A stretch of DNA of 64,000 nucleotides from Lingula anatina. Its lineage: Eukaryota; Animalia; Brachiopoda. How positions within the stretch are numbered: position 1 is the stretch's first letter; every line of letters begins with the position of its first letter. The notes below the pieces were generated by a model, which saw only the letters and a list, made by a program, of their open reading frames with translations, was not told where the DNA came from and ran no database searches. A program made the translations under genes and the position numbers. The stretch is from the NCBI GenBank assembly GCA_051362555.1, contig CM120642.1, positions 5,270,001 to 5,334,000 on the forward strand, written 5' to 3'. Shown in pieces: positions 50,424-61,200 of the stretch.

Positions 50424-51204
50424 AAATATAAAATCAAAATCAAAAATTAAATGTCAAAAAAGGCAGCAAAGCTGTTTAATGTTCAGTCAAAAAGCAGAAC
50501 ATATTGATGCAAGTGCAAAATCATTCTTAGGTCAAATTTGATGCAATATTGCATAATGTGTAACAGCATTATCGCCACCAATTTTTGAAATGGACATTCA
50601 GAAAATTGGGCTGGTGTATATGGATATACATAAAAAGAAGGTATGCAGTATCTAATAACATCTTTAAAGGCATGCAATGCACTTTTGATCTTTATAGAAA
50701 AAAATAATTGATTTTCCTGGAAAACTGAACGGTTTTCCCCCTTTTCACCATGGTATACCCTATCCAAAACAATGGAGACTACTGGTACATGATTTCTATA
50801 AGCCTGTTTTATTGATCTAAATTTTTAATATTTATTGTCAATAATGAAATCAAACATTCTCCATCTCCATTATAAGAGTAAGGGTGGCTCAAATGCTAGT
50901 TTAAAGATCATTATTTAGTTAACACTTTTGGATACAGCCTACTTTGGCAATTAAGCAATGTGTTGACAATTTTCAGAAAATTTCAACTTTTGCTATTCAG
51001 TCTAACTCTCATGTAACTTAATGTTACATGATTTTTCAAGAGCTGAATTCAAAAGCAATTTCAAGGTGGTCTTTTCTGTGAATACAAATATGCACTTTCT
51101 AATGTATGTGAGCCAAAGAAACAACACTTTTGCACCATCACAAGCGTTCACCAAATTGGAAAAAAAGGAAATATATTTTGGCAAAGAAAATGAAAAATAC
51201 TTAA

Positions 51205-51540
51205 AGGGATAATAACTCTTCATATGAATCTATATTTCACAATAAAATCATTGTGAATAACTCATAGAAATATAATATATTCTGTTTTACCACAAAAATG
51301 GCAGTTATAGCTATTATTCTGATATCTGAGCTTGTCTTTAGACCACGTGACCTCCATTGATGGCTATACTCTGTTAAAATCTCTTAAGAGGTTTTAACAA
51401 AAAACCAAACTTTTTAGAAAAAAACCAGGGACTAACTTTGAATGTAAAAATGGATTCAATAACCTTTGGTTAGTATGGGAAAATTGTTGTTTACTCCAGG
51501 AAAATTCATTTTTTGGCCGAAACGAAGAGTTATTATCCCT
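51205..51540 (+). mobile_element. Kolobok-like MITE (TTAA TSD, AGGG...CCCT ends), 336 bp
   Basis: TTAA|AGGGATAATAACTCTT ... AAGAGTTATTATCCCT|TTAA, perfect 16-bp TIR. Confidence 0.8.
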
Positions 51541-51638
51541 TTAATTCATTAATGGTTTATTACTGATTTGTGAAAATGGGTGCAAGGCTACAGAGAAATT
51601 ACATTTTTGCATGACATCACCTAATGACAAATATTTGA

Positions 51639-51976
51639 AGGGATAACAACTGTCCATTTTAGCCGAAAAAATGGATTTTACTGCAGTAAATGACAATTTT
51701 CCCATACTTACCAATGGTAAAAGAATCCATTCTGCCATTCAATGTCAGTCCCTTTTTTCTAAAAAGTGCTTTTTTATAACAATATCTTAAGAAATTTATA
51801 GTTTAGGGGTTGGGGTTAGCCATCTATGGAAGTCATGTGGTCTTATGGCCAGCATTGATTTCAGAATAACCACGATTTCGGTGGTAAAAGAGAATTAATT
51901 ATATTAATATGTCTATGGGTTCTTTACAAAGTATTTATTGTAAAATATGGATATCCTACGGAGACCTTTAATCCCT
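51639..51976 (-). mobile_element. Second, inverted and more diverged copy of the Kolobok-like MITE
   Basis: Reverse-complement similarity along its whole length to 51205-51540; AGGGAT...ATCCCT ends with degenerate TTGA/TTAC flanks. Confidence 0.75.
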
Positions 51977-54030
51977 TTACTAGTAAGTACCAGTAGACAT
52001 TTACAACAAGTGAAGAGCAGGTCAAAAAAGGAAAAAAAAAAAGCAGACATCATATTTGTGTCAATAGGTACATACTGGAATTAATCATACAATTCAGATA
52101 TCATAGCGGCAAGGCTTTCCCAAGAGAGCTGTCTAGCCATCATTAGGACGGCCACTGGCCTCAAACGATGCTCTATGTTTTCAAAGATGGCTGGATTGCT
52201 TATGAAATATCTGGGGAATGATGGTATATATATTTGTAGTTGGACTCCCTGTAAAGCGATGACCAAATAATTTTACAGATCAACACTTTGGACTCCCTGT
52301 ACCCCAAATCCTGGAAAAAACCCTGGCAAAGCGGGCATATGCTGATGATGCTGCAATGTACACATAGTGATCTCTGTATGTACACATTTTAATGTACTGT
52401 AGGGAGCCAGTTGAACTACCAAAACAATATTCACAATAAAGCAGAAATCTCCTACAAGTACAAGGTGCTAAGAACAAAGTTCTGAAAAAATATAATATGT
52501 CATGTCCAAAATCAAATTTTCATCAAATCATTAGCAGGAAGTTTACCACCTGGCTGAAAACAAAGGGAATCACATTTTCATGGGACACATTAAATATTTT
52601 ATAGACATAAATCAAAACATTTTCACACATAACGCTGAATGGAAAATCAATTATCAATTGTTACCACGAGTTGGGGCCATATTTAGTATTGAAGGAGAAG
52701 TAAAGATTAGAAATGAAATACAGAAAGTATGTACTAGTAACCCTGTTTCCTTTCGATCACTGAACTCACCAAAATTTGATTATGCTAGCCTAGGGATAAT
52801 TTGCACTGGGAATAGAAAACGAAACACCTTCTTCAAACCTTGGCCAATTTATTATATGATTTATCATGTGATCTATCTAAATTGCTGAATGGAAAGGAAA
52901 CCAGAGCTGCATGGATGAACAGAAAAAGCCAGAGCGATTTCAGCACCACTGTCTTGTTCTGCCACCCTGTATAACAAACTATGTGGATATCTACAGTACA
53001 AATCCTGATATATGCAGCAAGTGACAAAATGGCTCTGATATACAGGGTGTGTTTTCCCCCAATTGTGTGATCTCAGACTATCAAACCACCTGTTAATTGA
53101 ATTGGTTTTCAGAGTATTAAATCACAAGTCAATTACACTGGTCATCTGGGTGAAAGATCTGGACCTAAACCAATATAAAACTACTCTGCTTCTTATAACC
53201 TACAGCTTTATACCCTTATGAAAAGCATTTGGGGTTTGTGCTTTAATGTTTTCCCCCTCTTTTCAGAAAATAAGCCCTTTGCATTAAATAGGTTTGAAAC
53301 AAGTACATCAACTGAACTCATGGATGCATGAAATTGAAACCTTATTATATTTTAACATTTTCGCAGTTTAATCCGATTGATGGTTGATATGCACCATGCC
53401 ACCAAGTCTGAATCAGAATTGTAAAGAATACTGTAGATATTATAAACAGAAAACAATGAAAAAGAAATTCTGGAGATATTATATATAGAAAACAATGAAA
53501 AAAAATCTGTTTTTTTCCATTAGCACAAGTGCTTGGTATTGACGTCACAGATGTTTTAGCATGTTCCACTGTGATACAAGAGGCCATGATCTACATGTGC
53601 ATTATACTGGAATATTGTGATGTTGGTACTAGGTTGATAAATCACACTTGGGATTTACCCATCAAACTGAATTTTCCTCAAGGGAAAAAAGCAATTTACT
53701 CCTACTCACAAAATGAAATCATTGCTCTACTCCTCCCTGAATTTGGTTTACTGTTTTATTGCATTTTTTATTTAATGATTTAGCTTTAAATGACTGGCCA
53801 GTCATTTAGAACGCCATATCTTCTTGTACATTTCAATTGGCATCAGTGCTTTTATTTGAGGGATATTTTAGTTTTTTAAGGTTTTTTAAGGAAAGATTTG
53901 TAGCTTTTCTAGATATATACACATGGAAAAAAATACGTCTTTCAGAAATTGTATACCTTTTGCTTGGTGTAATCAAAATTTGCACAAAATGACTGCAAAT
54001 GACTAAAGTTTAACATTTTACTAGTACTTA

Positions 54031-54245
54031 GGCTCTATTCCCATAGATTTTAGATCGATCTATCCCCGCAGGGAGTCTCACTAGATTACTTTCAGATAAT
54101 CCGACGTAAATGTCCGTCCCGCCTACCACAAGCTGTAAGGGGGTAATTAACTTTCGTGTCTACCCGGCTGACAGCTATTTAGCGTGAACCCCCAGGGAGT
54201 AAGGTCGATCTAAAGAAGGTCGATCTAATCTATGGAAATGGGGTG
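54031..54245. mobile_element. Harbinger-like MITE, copy 3
   Basis: TTA TSD; imperfect TIRs GGCTCTATTCCCATAGA / TCTATGGAAATGGGGTG; colinear with copy 2. Confidence 0.8.
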
Positions 54246-54748
54246 TTAGTCTCAGGTCCCAGAAAGTGGCACTCCCTTAATTAAAAGGATCGACCAACAT
54301 CATTGACGCCAATGTCACTTTATAATATCATAACTCATAAATAATGGAGCACAATTGGAAGAAACAACACACACTCATCACATCACCAATATCTTTACTT
54401 CGGACACAACGGGGAAATACTATTACTGTCACTAGTACTGTAGTACGTACTACTAGTAGTGAAAGACGTTCGTGTGCATGTATCATTGAAACTTCCGAAC
54501 TTACTAGGAAGTAGTTCCTTGGATATGTGATTAAAAGCCACCAATAAATAGCTTAGGGCAAATAGTAGAGATAATATTTGACTCAATGGAACTAGCATCA
54601 TGATCAACTAACTCATTGATTTAGGCCGATTGATTTAGGCAAGTTACGAGTTTGACGTTACTAGTACAAGCCAGTAAGAGACGAATTTCGCTTTGTAAAT
54701 ATTACAGTTAGAAATATTAAAGAACCACAAAGTGCATGTATACTATAC

Positions 54749-54860
54749 CTGCCCTATTTGCTTCTTATAACATAGAATGGGCCTTCTCTGTTAGATATTC
54801 TTCGGTGGCTGCTGTACCAATATTCGTTGAATGGGCACTTGACTTTGCAGTGACGGTTGT
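54749..54860 (-). other. Probable non-coding first exon of the GPSM gene (upper limit approximate)
   Basis: CAG|gtatag donor at 54749/54748 within the CpG-richer region. Coding exon 1 begins with an acceptor 2 nt before its ATG, so an upstream exon is required. Confidence 0.45.
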
Positions 54861-55229
54861 TGATTTCTCGAATTACGCGCGAGAATTTGCGTTATCTGAA
54901 CAGGGCGAGTCTAAGATGAAAGGGAGCACAGTTATCATTTACGACTTCGGCGTGAAATATGTAAAATAATGTAGGCTTTTAAGTTCAGATATTTTAACTA
55001 CGAAAAAAAAATATTGATATATAATTCAAACAATTTCATGTTTGATATTGATTGTGTCTGATTATGCAATCTATATCAATTTTCTCTTCCCAATAAAAAT
55101 ATCTCTGCCCTGTTTGACCTAATTAGATCCAACATGGTGGACATGCGGCTAATTCTTTGAAGCAACGTCCACATCACGTTAGATATCCTTAATTCGTTGA
55201 ATTTTGAACTGTTTTGTTTAAGCTCTAAA

Positions 55230-55265
55230 ATGCCTGTCTTGAAGGGAAAAGCGGACATATATTTT
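55230..55265 (+). CDS. XAB2: XAB2 exon 1
   Basis: aaa[15 protein letters not shown]|gtaagt; phase 0 into EEEDLPY. Confidence 0.8.
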
Positions 55266-58200
55266 GTAAGTATTTTCATGCTCAACTATTTAATTCACGA
55301 GCAAGAAAAGCTCGAATTTTGTAGGTTATAGGCACTTCTAATGTATCTGGTGGTCATGCAACATACCCAGTTATAGTAGTGACTTTTATCATTGTATATG
55401 CTATTCAGATAATTATGTTTTGCAGTTTACTTACTGATTTTTATGTTCCACTGGAATGAGATCCGCTCTGAGTCTCATTATATTAGAAAGGGACTTGACA
55501 TTTCTTGTTAAAATATCAAAGCAGATCATGAGGTAAATCTTAAAACTCATTTATTAGAAAATCAGAGAGATGTTAGCCACAACATTGCTGAATGTAGAAA
55601 ATATTAAAGTCAGACACTTGTAGTACAGGTCAGCATAGTGTATAAGTACAAATATTTCTATCTCAAAAAAGTTTTTTTTTTTTCAATATATGTTACTAAT
55701 TTTTCATTTTATTTTGATGTTATCTATATTTGAAGGAGGAAGAGGATCTTCCATACGAAGAAGAAATTCTAAGAAATCCATATGCAGTGAAGTGTTGGCT
55801 TAGGTATATTGACCACAAGAAAGCAGCACCCAAGAATGCAGTCAACATGATCTATGAAAGAGCGCTAAAAGAGCTCCCAGGAAGGTATGTTATTACTGAA
55901 TACTCCACAAAAATTTGATTTTGAGTAGGTGAAAAAGTTCAATGATAGTGATAGTTTAAAAGGATCAGTTTGGCTAAAGGCTGGTGAATTGGAAAGTTAT
56001 CTTTTAAGCCACAGATGTAGCATGATTTGTTGGCAAATAACTTAAAATTAACAACTGAAAGGCCAAAAATCTTAAGCACTATAAGTACTATATACATTTA
56101 TCATGTAAAATCAAGTAGATAATAAGTGAACACAAAGAAATGAAATCAAGATATAAGAGCAAAATTCAGATATGGGCAGAAAACATAGTCACATATGCTA
56201 TTTTTATCTTTTATTCAGCTACAAGCTCTGGTACAACTACCTGAAGCTAAGGAGACAACAGGTCAAAGGTCATTGTATCACAGATCCTTTATATGAAAGT
56301 GTCAACAATGCCTTTGAACGTGCTTTGGTTTTCATGCATAAGGTAGGAATATTACAGGAATAACCAACTTTTAATTAAGCCATGTTTTCAGACTTGAGTT
56401 GGTTTTCTGTGGAATCAAATTATTCTGAGATTTTTTAATTCAGCTTCTGATGGAGCCTAAGGCAACCACTTGACCCCCCCTCCCCAATTTGTTAAAGTGT
56501 TTGATCCCTTATAGAATTATCAGAGATATTTTAAAGGCCAAGCCCCTATTGTGGGAGATTTACCTGATTTTACACTTGATACATATTTATTTGTTGTCCT
56601 CAGATGCCTAGGATCTGGTTAGACTATTGTCAGTTTCTAATGGACCAGAGTAAAATCACCCTGACGAGAAGGACCTTTGACCGCGCCCTGCGTGCACTCC
56701 CTATCACTCAACACAATAGAATATGGCCACTGTACCTTACCTTTGTCAAAAAATACCCACTTCAAGAAACAGCTGTCAGGGTATATAGGAGGTATTTAAA
56801 GGTAGGTTTTTAATAAAGATTTGATTTCATATGCTTCATCAAATCAGTGTGGTCATCATTTTGCCAGATGATAAAGATGGGCAGCCTCTTTAAAGATAAT
56901 AATTTTTTAAAAGTGTTCTACCGTCTTGGTTACTACTGCTTCTATTACTGTTATTGCTACTACTACTAATCCAAAAATGTTTATTTAGCTCTTCCCAGAA
57001 AATGCTGAAGAGTTTATTAATTATTTGACTACAATTGATTGGCTGAACGAGGCTGCCAAGAAATTAGCGGACACCATCAATGACGAAGATTTTGTTTCTA
57101 AAGCAGGGAAGTCTAAGCATCAGGTAAGCTTTAAGAAAGCTGGGAAATTTTATGGAAACTTCTTCTTTGGGAAAGACTTATTTGGCAATGATAGAACTTT
57201 GATGTTGAGCTGTACAGACTTCTCATGTTAGACGTTTTCCCAAAGCAATGGTAATAATAATACGATTTTATCAAATATTACATATTTGTCAATTGCAAAG
57301 TTATACCTTCAACTAATAACATGAAATTTAAACTGCATTAACTTAATTCATTGTATTATTATTATTATTATTATTATTATTGATAGCTTTGGAATGAATT
57401 ATGTGAAAGTATAACAAAAAACCCAGACAAGATCTCAGATTTGAAAGTGGAGCCCATTTTGAGACAAGGCATAAAGAGATACTCTGACCAAGTTGGCCTT
57501 TTATGGAATTCACTGGCAGACTATTACATTAGAGGAGGGAATTTTGAAAGGGTTAGTGGTAACTTTGTAATACTTACAGCAAATCTGATGTTGTGCAAGG
57601 CACAGTTATTCATCAAATGCTATTGATAATTTGTTTTGACTGAACACAAAGGAAGAAACTTTATTATTTCTTGTTCAATTTATCACTTACTTGAAAGAGA
57701 ATTGCACTTCAAAGAAAAAGAAAAATGAACTGAAAATTCACCATTATCAGGCCCATAGCCTGAAATTTCAAAGAGGGGGAGGGGGGGGAGTTCTCTTTTG
57801 GAAAAAGTGAACCTTTTGTCTTGAAACTTTCATGTGCCTCTGTCAAATTTTACTCAGAGCAGCCCCATTGGCAAAAAGTTGGTTCATTTCATAAGTATGC
57901 TAGGAAAGTTATTACTGACAGTGTTATTAATCGTTCTTTGGCAACCAGTTATGCGTGAAAACTTTCTTCATTTGTAGTATAATGCTTGTAAAATCTCAAA
58001 GCCTTGTTAGAAAAGTTGATGCAGTGGTTTATCTTTAGTTTAAAATAATCTTTTTCTTTAAAAAATGTTATACTTGAAATGAAAAGTTTTGTTTTAAATT
58101 TTTTCATAACAGGCACGTGATATCTATGAGGAGGCCATCCAAACTGTTCTGACAGTGAGGGATTTCACACAGGTATTTGATGCATATGCACAGTTTGAGG

Positions 58201-61200
58201 AGAGCATGATAAGTGCCAGGATGGAAACCACAGCAGAGATTGGTCCAACTGAAGAAGATGACCTTGACTTAGAGCTGCGATTGGCTAGGATGGAGGAGCT
58301 GATGGACAGGCGGCCTCTACTGTTAAACAGGTATTTCTTATACATATATTGAATATTCAGCAAGTTTTCAAACAATCAAACAATTTAAGGAATGAATTTG
58401 AGGGAAGATTTAATCTTATGAAGGAAAGTATTTTAAGTATTGAAATGTTTATGAAATGAATTTTTGAAAATGTACCACTGATGGACAATCTTTGTATTTT
58501 CCAGTGTTCTTCTGAGGCAAAACCCACACAACGTCCATGAGTGGCATAAAAGAGTGCAGCTTTATGAGGGAAAGCCAAGAGAGGTATATTTAGAAAGAAA
58601 TTCTTGTTATTGTGACATATAGAAGCCAATTGGTATGCATTAAATATTCTCGTATATAACTTTAACTGCAGCTCCAGAAAATGATTATTTTTTTGTATTT
58701 GACAGGCTTATTCAGCAGTTATCAAATTATCACTATTAGTAACTCATTTGATTTGCAACTTGGTAGTTACTCTTACTAGTTAGTTCTGTTTTGCCATATG
58801 GATGCACTGATTGAAAATGTGATGTTAGGCATACAAAATTAATGCAAACAAAATTTTCTCTGTGTTAGATAATCAACACCTTCACTGAGGCTGTGCAGAC
58901 GGTGGACCCCAGGCTGGCCTCTGGGAAACCCCATACATTGTGGGTAGAGTTTGCCAAGTTTTATGACACTGCTGGGCAAATTGAGGATGTGAGTAAATTA
59001 TGAACATTGAGTATCAAAATTTTAGTGAGCACCAGGGTGTGAAAATCTAATGTCTTTGGATTACAGGAAAACAGTTCAATATTGTGTTTTTATTCTCAAA
59101 CCTCAGATCCACAGTAAGTTCAAGATCGATGTTAACTGTATAATAATCACACTTGTTATTCCATGAAACAAAAGTCCTAGGTAAGCTTAATGCTACTATA
59201 TAACCACCATTATTATATCCAGGCCAGGATCATCTTTGAAAAGGCAACCAAAGTGGCATACGTTAAGGTGGACGACCTGGCTTCAGTTTGGTGTGAGTGG
59301 GCCGAAATGGAAATAAGACACGAGTAAGCACTAGCCTTTTATGTTGAATGATTTTAAATCTAGACTTCTTAAATTCTATTTTGAACTTTTGAAAGCATAC
59401 TGCAGTGAAAGCTTTCATCCCAGCATCCATGTCTTCATTGATCCGTGGTTTCCTTTCTTAAGTCTGTGTAAAAATTAATAAATTCTGAAATTATTCAGCA
59501 TGAAGCACAATACTAACTTACATCAGAATAACCACAAGTCTATTTCTGTGGAGTTTGTTTTTTCACAAATGAAATTTGTCTTTTAGCTTAGCCTGTAGAC
59601 AAGATCTTGACTATCCATCTCCTCAAGATTAATTTTAAAAAGGGCTGCTCAATTAAAGACCATAACACACGGTTGTGTAATTTGCAGTAAATTTATTTAT
59701 TCATATATAGACCTGGTAAGCTACTTTTTATGGTGATCTTACTTATACAAAGCATCAGAAAACTGAAATATTTTAACTTAAATTATTAATATGAAACTTG
59801 TTCATTTGCATTTTATCTTGCTTTGTCAAGATTATTGGTCGTATTCTGATTTTAGGAATTATGAAGAAGCCATTAAACTTCTTCAAAGGGCCACAGCATT
59901 GCCTCCAAGGAAAGTAGACTATCACGACATAGTAAGTCTTAAGACAGGGTGAAGAAATGAGAAATGTTCATTTTTTATGCACAGACTAAGTGTTTGTTAA
60001 CTCACTTCTAGTGAACATTTATGTCCACTTTTGAAATTTAGTAACTGGTACAGTGGATACCACTAATATTATCACTTTTCATAATTTAATGTATTTCAAA
60101 GTTTTGTGTGGAGTTTTCTTGTTTTAATATATTTATTTGATTCAATCACATTATTTTAGAGTGAACCTGTACAGAACAGATTGTACAAGTCCCTGAAGGT
60201 GTGGTCACTGTACGCTGACCTGGAGGAGAGCTTTGGCACCTACAAGGTGAGTGCTGACTGAATTCTCTGTTTGTTCTCATTACAAGCAATACAGCAAAAA
60301 CTGCCTTTTACAAAACTTGCTGTGGGCTGTCAAAATGTGTCTTACTTTCTATGCCAAAGTTGAGTAGCACTGTGCATAAGAAACATGGGGAAGGGTTTTG
60401 TTTGCTTTAAAATAGAATATATGAATTAGCTTTAAAGTTTGCTATTTTCTGTCTGACCGGACAATCCTGTTGGAAGAATAGGATCAGAAAGATCTTATAC
60501 ATTTAATTTTTCCCATTGGCAAAAGGAAAGTCAACTTATTTATTTTATGTTTTGCAATCCCTTTTCTCTGTATAATATGTATATTCCTAACTTCTTATTG
60601 CATTGAGAGTTTGAGAAATTTCTTTAATTTTTTCTCCAAATTTCTGAATTTTCCATTTCAGCCTCTGTGTACAAGGCATGTGTACTTTGATTCTGTATAA
60701 ATTTTTTTTTTTGTATTTTTAGCATACTATTATTTTCTTGAATTGTAATCTTTATGTTCTTTTTTTCCCCCCAGACATGTAAAGCCGTGTATGACAGAAT
60801 AATAGACCTGAGAATAGCCACTCCTCAGATCATCATCAACTATGGCATGTTTCTGAATGAAAATAACTACTTTGAGGAAGAATTTAAGGTAGAAAATTAC
60901 ATGATAATAGATCCTCATTTTGCAATGAAGATTTTAACTAAGAGAGAGAGAAAAAAAGTGAACTATATTAAGATAATGTAGGGATGGCTCTTGCAGATTC
61001 TTTTTCTTGCATTTGATATATGTTCAGTAACTTGGAGTTTTAGCCCTGATATGAATATTTACGGAAGATTTATTAATCAGAAAATTAAATTTCAAAGTCT
61101 TAGTTTGTCATTTTTCAGAATTCATTATGTTAATGTTAACATTTTTTTACATTAGGCATATGAGAAAGGGATTGCCTTGTTCAAATGGCCCAATGTGTAC

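Larger units (their letters stand above)
54330..55320. promoter_or_regulatory. Putative bidirectional promoter shared by GPSM and XAB2
   Basis: Local CpG enrichment relative to the CpG-poor gene bodies; head-to-head genes; TTCTCG...CGCGCGAGAA at about 54865-54885 (BANP/Kaiso-like); AACATGGTGG at 55131 (YY1-like); ACTTCCG at 54491 (ETS-like). Confidence 0.6.

Noticed and set aside
1556-54607. The many 60-130 aa intronic ORFs in the track
   Set aside because: They are low-complexity, microsatellite-derived or antisense to exons. No nested gene with a recognisable domain was found.
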